Positions 19,832 to 26,633 of a stretch of DNA of 26,633 nucleotides are shown here, piece after piece (within the stretch, counting starts at the first letter, position 1; each line of letters starts with the position of its first letter). This DNA is from Thermotogota bacterium. Its GTDB lineage: Bacteria; Thermotogota; Thermotogae; UBA12178. Below the pieces are notes generated by a model that had not been told where the DNA came from, ran no database searches, and saw nothing but the letters and a program-made list of their open reading frames with translations. The DNA lies in contig QNAP01000001.1 in NCBI GenBank assembly GCA_003641795.1, forward strand, positions 1 to 26,633. The letters run 5' to 3'. The position numbers and the translations under genes were made by a program.

Positions 19832-20443
19832 GTGAGAGTAAAAGACTGGATGGAAGAAAGTTTTCCACGATTCGAAGCTGATCTTCGCGTTGAGAAGATC
19901 AAAAGTGAGATCCAAGCGCTCGAGATACCGCTGGTGATCGCAGTGGACGAAAATGGCAAGTTGGTGGGTGTCGCCAACAAGTTCGATGTGCTTAGCGCAC
20001 CGAAGGATTCGATCCTCAGAGATCTCGTTCATTTCGCCACCCATGTGGTTTCTGAAGATAGTTTTGTGGAGGACGCCATCGTTCTTCTCACCGATAGCAG
20101 GGAGTTCGCCTTACCTGTTGTGAACGATTCGATGAAGGTTTTAGGGGCGCTGACAGTCTTCGAAGTTTTGGAATCCATGATGGAGATGACTGCCATTGGC
20201 GAAAAAGGGTGCAGGCTCTCCCTGCTTTTGGAGGACGTGCCAGGTTCTTTAAAGCGCGTGGTGGATGTCCTGGTGGAGAGAGATATCAACATCCTCTCGA
20301 TTCTCACGTATCCAGAGGGTGAAAGAAAGCACAGAGTGGTTCTGAGGGTAGATACTCTCGATGCGAGTTACATCAGCGAAATGCTGGATAAAGCTGGTAT
20401 TGAGTACGATTCAGTGATCCCGGAGGAAGGCTTTGGTGAATGA
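19832..20443 (+). CDS. CBS-pair + ACT domain protein (AcuB-like)
   Basis: VKDWM, LVIAVDENGKLVGV and LPVVNDSMKVLGALT (CBS pair); LEDVPGSLKRVVDVL...INILSI (ACT). GTG19832 after GAGGGTGA; GTG19823 is an alternative start. Confidence 0.8.
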   Translation: MRVKDWMEESFPRFEADLRVEKIKSEIQALEIPLVIAVDENGKLVGVANKFDVLSAPKDSILRDLVHFATHVVSEDSFVEDAIVLLTDSREFALPVVNDSMKVLGALTVFEVLESMMEMTAIGEKGCRLSLLLEDVPGSLKRVVDVLVERDINILSILTYPEGERKHRVVLRVDTLDASYISEMLDKAGIEYDSVIPEEGFGE

Positions 20444-21236
20444 TGTGGTCTGGGCTCTTCTTATGGGTGGACTCCAAGGTGCAACGGAGTTCTTGCCCGT
20501 TTCCAGCTCTGGACATTTGTTGATCCTTTTCAACCTTCGATCTGTTGGTTCTGTGGATCATCTCTCGTTCATAACATTTCTTCACCTTGGAACGCTACTT
20601 GCAGTGGTACTCTTCGTTTACAAGGATATGCTCGCGCTGATTCGCGCACTGCGGGGGTTCGTAGCGCCCCTTCGCAGCTTCAAGCGAGATCCTGATTTCC
20701 GGGTCTTGGTGTACTTGTTGACGTCCACGATTATCACCGGAGTACTCGGAATATTTCTGGAGGCGTTCATCGACAGGATTTTCTCAAGCCTTTCATGGCA
20801 AGTAGGTCTTTTCTATCTGCTGTTAGCGGTGATACTCTTTGCTTCAGACAGAATGGAAGGAACGTTGCAAATGCACCAGATGGGATTCTCCAGAGCGTTG
20901 TTACTGGGCCTTCTTCAGTCTGCGGCACTTTTGCCAGGTATCAGTCGAAGCGGAATAACCATTTTCGCAGGCCTTCTTTTGGGGATGAGAAGGGTGGAAG
21001 CCCTTCGTTATTCATTTCTTCTGAGCGTGCCAGTGACAGCAGGGGCGGGTCTGTTGAAGTTGAGCCAACAGAGTCTTGATGCGCCTTCTATCGTTGCCCT
21101 TTTCACATCGATGTCGGTGGGATTGTTTGCTCTCGCGATCTTGAAAAAGACGACCCTGACAAAGCGCCTTTCCGTCTTCGGTTGCTATTGTGCTGTGCTC
21201 GGAATCTCAATTATACTGGGGGTGAATCTCTTGTGA
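20436..21236 (+). CDS. uppP: Undecaprenyl-diphosphate phosphatase (BacA/UppP)
   Basis: GLQGATEFLPVSSSGHL, HLGTLLAV, ALLPGISRSG and FSF/YSFLLSVP motifs; polytopic hydrophobic protein. Confidence 0.93.
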   Translation: MNDVVWALLMGGLQGATEFLPVSSSGHLLILFNLRSVGSVDHLSFITFLHLGTLLAVVLFVYKDMLALIRALRGFVAPLRSFKRDPDFRVLVYLLTSTIITGVLGIFLEAFIDRIFSSLSWQVGLFYLLLAVILFASDRMEGTLQMHQMGFSRALLLGLLQSAALLPGISRSGITIFAGLLLGMRRVEALRYSFLLSVPVTAGAGLLKLSQQSLDAPSIVALFTSMSVGLFALAILKKTTLTKRLSVFGCYCAVLGISIILGVNLL

Positions 21237-21859
21237 AGATAGAAGTACTCGTTCCGGGTGGTATTTTGAGGTTGTCGGGTGTGGAAGCACCCTTCAGTAC
21301 GGTAACGCTTCTTCGTGATACCCACAGGGTGATACTCGTAGATCCAGGTGGATATCCAACGCTGGGAAGGCTTCAAGGGCGTCTCTTGGAACTGAATTTG
21401 AGTGTTGACGACGTGACGGACATAATTCTCACACATTTTCATCTCGACCATGCCTTCAATAGCCTTTTCTTTCCGAAGGCTCGGGTCCTCGTTCATCCGG
21501 ATTGGAAAACCAAAGATGCAAGGAAGTTTGGCGAACTCGTCGGTCGAACGTACGAGATCGTGGTTGAGAGCTGGAAGGAAATCGTAGACATCGTCGATGG
21601 GACCGAGCTCTTTGGTTCGATACGAGTATTCCACACCCCTTATCACAGTAGAGAGCACGTTTCCCTGATGGTTGAAACTGAGAACATGGGCTTGGTCTTC
21701 ATACCTGGCGATATATGTGCCACTCGTCTGCAGTATTACGATATAATCAAAGGGTACAGAAAAGACGAAGTGGCTTGGTTCGTCTTAGAAAAAGCTTCCA
21801 CAGCTAATTTTATAGTTTTTCCTCATGACGAACCGATGGAGCTTGGAAGAAAGGAGTGA
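21233..21859 (+). CDS. Metallo-beta-lactamase-fold hydrolase, substrate unknown
   Basis: ILVDPG, THFHLDH, HTPYH, GDI and C-terminal FPHD; GTGA overlap with the uppP stop; RBS GGGGTGA. Confidence 0.8.
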   Translation: MKIEVLVPGGILRLSGVEAPFSTVTLLRDTHRVILVDPGGYPTLGRLQGRLLELNLSVDDVTDIILTHFHLDHAFNSLFFPKARVLVHPDWKTKDARKFGELVGRTYEIVVESWKEIVDIVDGTELFGSIRVFHTPYHSREHVSLMVETENMGLVFIPGDICATRLQYYDIIKGYRKDEVAWFVLEKASTANFIVFPHDEPMELGRKE

Positions 21860-21864
21860 GAAAA

Positions 21865-23313
21865 ATGAGGGTTGCCTTTGTGAGTTATGAGGTCTATCCC
21901 TTTGCCAAAGTTGGAGGTTTGGCCGACGTTGCCGGTGCACTTCCGAAAGCTCTCAAAAAGCTCGGTGTAGATGTGAGAATCTTCATGCCAAAACACAAGG
22001 TTGTTGAAAAGAATGCAGAAAAAGTGGGAGTGAAGATAGAGAAGATAGCCTCCTCAATTGCGGTACCGTTCATCCAAGGAAACGGCATGGTGGATCTGTA
22101 CAAATCAAAATTACCAAGGAGCGATGTAGAGGTTTACATGGTATGGAATGCCGATTACTTCGATTTTGACGAGGTGTATGGCGCTCCCGACCTAGGAAGA
22201 CAGGCTGCTTTCTTCACTTGTGCCATCTTCAGCGTACTGAAAGAGCTGGATTGGAAACCCCACGTAGTCCACGCCAACGATTGGCAAACGGGTCTTTTGC
22301 CGGTGTACCTTAAGACGAACCTTCGCGACGATCCCTTCTTCACAGGTGCGAAGACTCTCTACACCATCCACAACTTGGGATATCAAGGAGTTTTTCCGAA
22401 AGAATACCTGGGCATCGCGGATCTTCCGGAGTATCTTTTCAACATCGACGCCCTCGAATTCTACGGTCAGATCAATTACATGAAGGGTGGACTGGTGTTT
22501 TCTGATATCATAAACACCGTATCGCCGACCTATGCCGAAGAAATTCAAACACCTGAGTACGGTGCGAAGTTGGATGGCATTTTAAGAACACGGAGTGCGG
22601 ATCTTTACGGTGTTCTTAACGGTATCGATTACGAAGAATACGATCCCGCTACCGACAGGAGAATCTACGTCAACTTCGATCTGGATAACCTTGAGAGCAA
22701 GTATGCCAACAAATCGAAACTCCAAGAAGAGCTTGATCTGCCGGTAAGGGATGACGTGACATTGATAGGTGTCATCAGCCGACTTGTGGACCAAAAGGGA
22801 TTCGATCTGTTGATAGAAGTGGCGGATTACTTGATGGTCTTGCCTGTTCAACTCGTCATTTTGGGTACAGGGGATCCAAGATACGAAACATTCTTCGAAA
22901 ATCTCGCCCGAAGATATCCCGAAAAGGTCTCAGCGAATATAGCGTTCAACGTGGAACTGGCCCAGAAGATCTATGCGGGTTCGGACATTTTCCTCATGCC
23001 CTCCCGATATGAACCCTGTGGGCTGGGTCAGATGCTCAGTATGAGATATGGAGCGATCCCAGTTGTGCGTTATACAGGCGGGTTAGTCGACACGGTGAAA
23101 GAATACGACCCTGAAAAGCAGAGCGGGAATGGGTTCGGTTTCTACGAATACAAGAGTTCCGAGTTGTTGAAGAGTCTTCTCAAAGCAGTCTACTACCACC
23201 AGCAGGAGAAAGATCACTGGAAACAGCTGATGATCAACGCCATGACCACCGATTGTTCTTGGGAGAGAAGCGCTTCGGAGTATCTAAAACTCTACGAGAG
23301 TACAGTACAGTGA
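21865..23313 (+). CDS. glgA: Glycogen synthase (GT5, ADP-glucose type)
   Basis: AKVGGLADV, HANDWQT, TIHNLGYQG, NGID, SRLVDQKG, MPSRYEPCGLGQ and TGGLVDTV; ATG21865 after AAGGAG. Confidence 0.95.
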   Translation: MRVAFVSYEVYPFAKVGGLADVAGALPKALKKLGVDVRIFMPKHKVVEKNAEKVGVKIEKIASSIAVPFIQGNGMVDLYKSKLPRSDVEVYMVWNADYFDFDEVYGAPDLGRQAAFFTCAIFSVLKELDWKPHVVHANDWQTGLLPVYLKTNLRDDPFFTGAKTLYTIHNLGYQGVFPKEYLGIADLPEYLFNIDALEFYGQINYMKGGLVFSDIINTVSPTYAEEIQTPEYGAKLDGILRTRSADLYGVLNGIDYEEYDPATDRRIYVNFDLDNLESKYANKSKLQEELDLPVRDDVTLIGVISRLVDQKGFDLLIEVADYLMVLPVQLVILGTGDPRYETFFENLARRYPEKVSANIAFNVELAQKIYAGSDIFLMPSRYEPCGLGQMLSMRYGAIPVVRYTGGLVDTVKEYDPEKQSGNGFGFYEYKSSELLKSLLKAVYYHQQEKDHWKQLMINAMTTDCSWERSASEYLKLYESTVQ

Positions 23314-23332
23314 TGAATGGGAGGTATGGAAG

Positions 23333-24361
23333 ATGCCAGAGTTGAGAAAGGATCCCGTGATAAACAGATGGGTGATTATCTCCACTGAACGTGCCAAAAG
23401 GCCCCATGATTTCATGCTCCCCAAAGAAGAGAAAAAGGGAGGTTTTTGCCCCTTCGATTACGGTAACGAGCATACCACACCACCCGAAATCATGGCTTTC
23501 AGACCCGCTGATACCGAGCCTAACACTCCTGGTTGGTGGATCCGAGTCGTTCCCAACAAGTTCCCCGCTTTAGATCCCTCACTTGAACCAGAGCGCTACG
23601 GTCATGGGATGTACGATGCGATGAAAGGCTTTGGAGCGCACGAAGTGGTTATAGAGACTGCCGACCACAACACCAACATGGCGCTCATGAATCTCAAACA
23701 AGTCGAGGAAATTATTTGGGCTTACAAACATCGGTATGAAGCTTTGATAAAACGTGAGGGTATCAAGTACGTGCTGATTTTCAAAAACCACGGTTCGCTT
23801 GCGGGTGCATCCTTAGAGCATCCACATTCACAGATAATCGCGACCCCGATAGTCCCCAAAAGAGTTCACGAAGAGCTCGTCGGAAGCCGTGAGTACTATT
23901 CCTTCAAAGAACGTTGCGTTTTCTGTGATATGATAAATCAAGAACGCTTGGAGAACGCTCGAGTGGTGGAGATAAACGATGATTTTATCTCCTTTGAACC
24001 TTTCGCTTCGCGCTTTCCTTTCGAGACGTGGATCATGCCGCGTCGACATGTGCATAGCTTTAAAGATATCACGGACAGCGAGATAAAAGGTTTCGCTCAA
24101 ATCCTGAGAAACACGTTATACAAGATCTACGTTGGATTAGATAACCCACCCTACAATTTCATGCTTCACACAGCACCGGAAACCGGTGAGGGGTCGGAGT
24201 ACTACCATTGGCACCTTGAGATCGTGCCGCGACTTACGAAAGTAGCAGGATTTGAGTGGGGGTCCGGCTTTTACATCAATCCTACACCTCCAGAAGAAGC
24301 TGCAAAATTTCTCAGAGAGATAAAGCCGGGAGAGCAAAAGCTCAACAAACTCAAAGAATGA
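23333..24361 (+). CDS. galT: GalT-family (HIT superfamily) hexose-1-phosphate nucleotidyltransferase; possibly the ADP-glucose-type subgroup
   Basis: PELRKDP...RWVI...RAKRP, CPF, FKNHG...GASLEHPHSQ (HxHxQ), CVFC, FPFETWI and HWHLEI. Family assignment is firm; sugar and nucleotide specificity are not. Confidence 0.82.
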   Translation: MPELRKDPVINRWVIISTERAKRPHDFMLPKEEKKGGFCPFDYGNEHTTPPEIMAFRPADTEPNTPGWWIRVVPNKFPALDPSLEPERYGHGMYDAMKGFGAHEVVIETADHNTNMALMNLKQVEEIIWAYKHRYEALIKREGIKYVLIFKNHGSLAGASLEHPHSQIIATPIVPKRVHEELVGSREYYSFKERCVFCDMINQERLENARVVEINDDFISFEPFASRFPFETWIMPRRHVHSFKDITDSEIKGFAQILRNTLYKIYVGLDNPPYNFMLHTAPETGEGSEYYHWHLEIVPRLTKVAGFEWGSGFYINPTPPEEAAKFLREIKPGEQKLNKLKE

Positions 24362-25140
24362 GATACTTTGTTTTCGGATTTCTCATAGGTTTGGCGAATC
24401 TTATTCCCGGTGTGAGTGGAAGTACTGTTGCGGTTTTGACCGGCATATACGAAAGGCTGGTCAGGGTCGTTTCAACCCTTTTTTCTCTCAAAGTTACGAG
24501 AGAGGACCTTTTCTTTCTCCTCTTCGTGGTAGTCGGTGCGGTTGCGGCAATCTTTGCAGGTTCCAACGGCATGAAAATTCTGCTGCAACATCACCAGTTT
24601 GTAACTTACGCTGTTTTCTTCGGTCTGGTTATGGGCTCACTGCCGAGTCTCTTCAGACGCCTTAAAAGGGTGTTGACAACACCTGTTTTTCTCGGCATGG
24701 CTCTCGTAGTGATCCCACAGCTCTTCAACATTGAATTGTCCATAGGACGTTCTCCACTTCTTCTCGGTTTTGGAGGGGCGGTGGCAGCCAGTGCCATGGT
24801 GTTACCAGGATTAAGCGGTTCTTTGATTCTTCTCGTTCTCGGATTTTACGACGTGGTGATCACCGCCATCAGTGCTGTCAATTTGCAAGTTTTGGTGCCT
24901 TTCGGTATCGGCGTGGTCGTTGGTATCGTACTCTTTGTAAAACTCATAGACTTCGCACTGAGACGCTTCAAAGACTGGACAGACAACTTCATCGTGGGAC
25001 TGGTTGTGGGTTCCCTTTACGTTGTGTATCCCTTTGGTTTGGACACCGAAGGTAACGTCTTTTTAGGACTCACATTGATAGTCATTGGAGCCCTTGTGAC
25101 GGCACTGATTGACAGATATGGAACAAACCGCCGTACTTGA
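24358..25140 (+). CDS. DUF368 membrane protein (undecaprenyl-phosphate translocase family)
   Basis: Two repeats, GLANLIPGVSGSTVAVLTGIY and SAMVLPGLSGSLILLVLGFY, in a polytopic membrane protein; ATGA overlap with the galT-like stop. Confidence 0.88.
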   Translation: MRYFVFGFLIGLANLIPGVSGSTVAVLTGIYERLVRVVSTLFSLKVTREDLFFLLFVVVGAVAAIFAGSNGMKILLQHHQFVTYAVFFGLVMGSLPSLFRRLKRVLTTPVFLGMALVVIPQLFNIELSIGRSPLLLGFGGAVAASAMVLPGLSGSLILLVLGFYDVVITAISAVNLQVLVPFGIGVVVGIVLFVKLIDFALRRFKDWTDNFIVGLVVGSLYVVYPFGLDTEGNVFLGLTLIVIGALVTALIDRYGTNRRT

Positions 25141-25164
25141 CAATTAGCCTTACCATGGTATAAT
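25137..25164 (+). promoter_or_regulatory. Consensus sigma70 promoter for cysE-cysK
   Basis: TTGACA 25137-25142 (overlapping the DUF368 stop), 16-nt spacer with TG at 25156-25157, and TATAAT 25159-25164. Confidence 0.88.
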
Positions 25165-25177
25165 TAAAATCGACAGA

Positions 25178-25193
25178 TTCAATCAAGATTGAA
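25178..25193. promoter_or_regulatory. Perfect 7-2-7 inverted repeat just downstream of the predicted start of transcription
   Basis: TTCAATC-AA-GATTGAA. Confidence 0.55.
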
Positions 25194-25199
25194 GTCTTC

Positions 25200-25253
25200 T
25201 TCTCTTGTGTTGTTGTCTTCAAAGCACGCATGTGAAGAACAGCACGAAGGGAG
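25200..25253 (+). other. Long leader hairpin sequestering the cysE ribosome-binding site
   Basis: 25200-25206 pairs with 25247-25253 (AAGGGAG), 25207-25213 with 25239-25245 and 25216-25221 with 25233-25238: 20 bp including 3 G-U, two bulges and an 11-nt loop. Confidence 0.55.
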
Positions 25254-25260
25254 TGTGTAT

Positions 25261-25875
25261 GTGAGAATTTGGGGTTTTGTTAAACAAATAATTGGAGATA
25301 TTTTATCCACATTAGATGCCGTCCGAGCAGATGAATCTATGTACATGAAGCTCGATCCTGCCTTAGAAAAGCGTTGGATGCTCTGGATTTCATCAGTTGG
25401 ATTTCATGCGCTTATTGCGCATCGCTTCTCACACCTGCTTTGGCGCTGGAAACTCAAGTTTCCGGCATTGTTGGTTTATACGGTTGTGAGGGTCATCACT
25501 TCGATTGATATTCATCCCGCTGCTGGGATAGAGCCTGGCGTGGTGATTGATCATGGAGTAGGCACGGTGATCGGATCCACGGCAACGGTGGGAAGTGGAA
25601 CACTCATATACCACGGTGTTACTCTCGGTTCTCGTCTTCCCATGAAAGGAAAACGCCATCCTGATGTGGGGAGAAACGTCATATTGGGTGCTGGAGCGAA
25701 GATTTTGGGCCCTATAAAGGTGGGGGATGGGGCCAAGGTCGGTGCCAATGCCGTCGTATTAGAAGATGTACCTCCGGGAACTACCATAGCGGGTATACCA
25801 GCCAAAGTCATGAAAGAAGCACATTCCAAGCTGGAACCTGAAGTCTTCATAAGGAGGAGGATCGGATCATGGTGA
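25261..25875 (+). CDS. cysE: Serine O-acetyltransferase
   Basis: GFHALIAHR, IDIHPAA, IDHGVG, HGVTLG, KRHPDVG, hexapeptide repeats and GIPAKV; GTG25261 is 7 nt after GGGAG. Confidence 0.9.
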   Translation: MRIWGFVKQIIGDILSTLDAVRADESMYMKLDPALEKRWMLWISSVGFHALIAHRFSHLLWRWKLKFPALLVYTVVRVITSIDIHPAAGIEPGVVIDHGVGTVIGSTATVGSGTLIYHGVTLGSRLPMKGKRHPDVGRNVILGAGAKILGPIKVGDGAKVGANAVVLEDVPPGTTIAGIPAKVMKEAHSKLEPEVFIRRRIGSW

Positions 25876-26633
25876 TTTCAGCTTTGGGAAACACTCCAAC
25901 AGTGACTCTCAGCAAGCTCATAGAACCTGGGAGGGTCTTCGTGAAGCTGGAGAAAAACAATCCAGCGGGAAGTGTCAAAGACAGACCCGCCTATTTCATG
26001 ATCGTTGACGCCGAAGCCCGTGGGTTTCTGGATCCCACGGATCCCAAGTGTCGAACCATAGTGGAGCCTACCAGCGGCAACACGGGCATTGCCTTGGCGA
26101 TGGTTGGTACTGCCAAAGGATACAGAGTGATGTTGACGATGCCTGAAAGCATGAGTGTGGAGCGACGCAGGGTTTTGGAAATGCTGGGAGCGGAGCTTGT
26201 GCTCACTCCGGCAGACAAAGGTATGAAGGGAGCTGTGGAGCGAGCGAAAGAATTGGTCAAGGAACTGGGGGCTTTCATGCCCGATCAATTCTCGAATCCC
26301 ACTAATGTTCTCTCACATGAAAGTACTACGGCGCCGGAAATACTCAGACAGATGTCCTGGCAATTGGATGCGTTCGTAGCGGGTGTGGGAACCGGCGGAA
26401 CCATCAGCGGAGTTGGTACTGTTTTGAAGAGGTTGTTTGGCGACTCTGTCTTGGTCGTTGCGGTGGAACCCAGCAAATCTCCCGTTCTTTCCGGCGGGGA
26501 GCCTGGAAAACATTCCATACAGGGCATTGGTGCGGGCTTCGTTCCAGCGATCTTTCGAAGAGAAGTTGTGGATAAAATTCTGACTGTGGAGGATGAAGAG
26601 GCCTTGGCAACGACGCGGGCACTGGCAAAATAC
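25869..26633 (+). CDS. cysK: Cysteine synthase (O-acetylserine sulfhydrylase), 3' truncated by window edge
   Basis: Translated by hand from ATG25869 (RBS AGGAGGAGG 25852-25860): LGNTP, KLEKNNPAGSVKDR (PLP Lys), EPTSGNTG, MPESMSVER, GVGTGGT and HSIQGIGAGF; the frame stays open to the window end. Confidence 0.95.
   Translation, partial: MVISALGNTPTVTLSKLIEPGRVFVKLEKNNPAGSVKDRPAYFMIVDAEARGFLDPTDPKCRTIVEPTSGNTGIALAMVGTAKGYRVMLTMPESMSVERRRVLEMLGAELVLTPADKGMKGAVERAKELVKELGAFMPDQFSNPTNVLSHESTTAPEILRQMSWQLDAFVAGVGTGGTISGVGTVLKRLFGDSVLVVAVEPSKSPVLSGGEPGKHSIQGIGAGFVPAIFRREVVDKILTVEDEEALATTRALAKY

Noticed and set aside
25171-25260. SAM-I riboswitch or T-box in the cysE leader
   Set aside because: ATCAAGA and CAGCAC superficially recall SAM-I, but the kink-turn, pseudoknot and P1 partner are missing. 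The leader is far too short for a T-box and has no T-box sequence.
25878-26628. Several minus-strand ORFs at the right end
   Set aside because: They are antisense shadows of cysK, which occupies the + strand from 25869 to the window edge.
1-26633. Mobile elements, CRISPR arrays, tRNA/rRNA genes, defence systems
   Set aside because: I saw no repeat arrays, transposase, integrase or nuclease motifs, or RNA-gene patterns; the space is almost fully occupied by housekeeping CDSs.

Overview
This is a gene-dense chromosomal housekeeping region. It looks like Thermotogota, inferred from the RF1 RASGHGGQ loop, the gamma-delta-alpha-beta por order and GGAGGTGA-type RBSs. All 26 coding regions lie on the + strand and most overlap or are separated by less than 25 nt. 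Order: 'secF, pilT, prfA, ROK kinase, rocD, purB, purA, hisS | extended -10 promoter | Rho-N/DUF4912 protein, GH57 branching enzyme, porC(gamma), porD, porA, porB, large membrane-anchored parvulin PPIase, variant HD-GYP protein, glyQ, glyS, CBS-ACT protein, uppP, MBL-fold hydrolase, glgA, GalT-like nucleotidyltransferase, DUF368 | consensus sigma70 promoter | cysE, cysK'. cysK runs off the window and is absent from the supplied ORF track. I saw no rRNA, tRNA, CRISPR, mobile element or pseudogene. The best leads are: (1) a structured cysE leader that can sequester its own RBS, with switch-like alternative pairings; (2) glgA paired with an ADP-glucose-phosphorylase-like GalT, bracketed by uppP and DUF368; (3) a DUF4912-GH57-por operon under a palindrome-bearing promoter. 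All functional calls come from motif recognition by eye; no searches were run.
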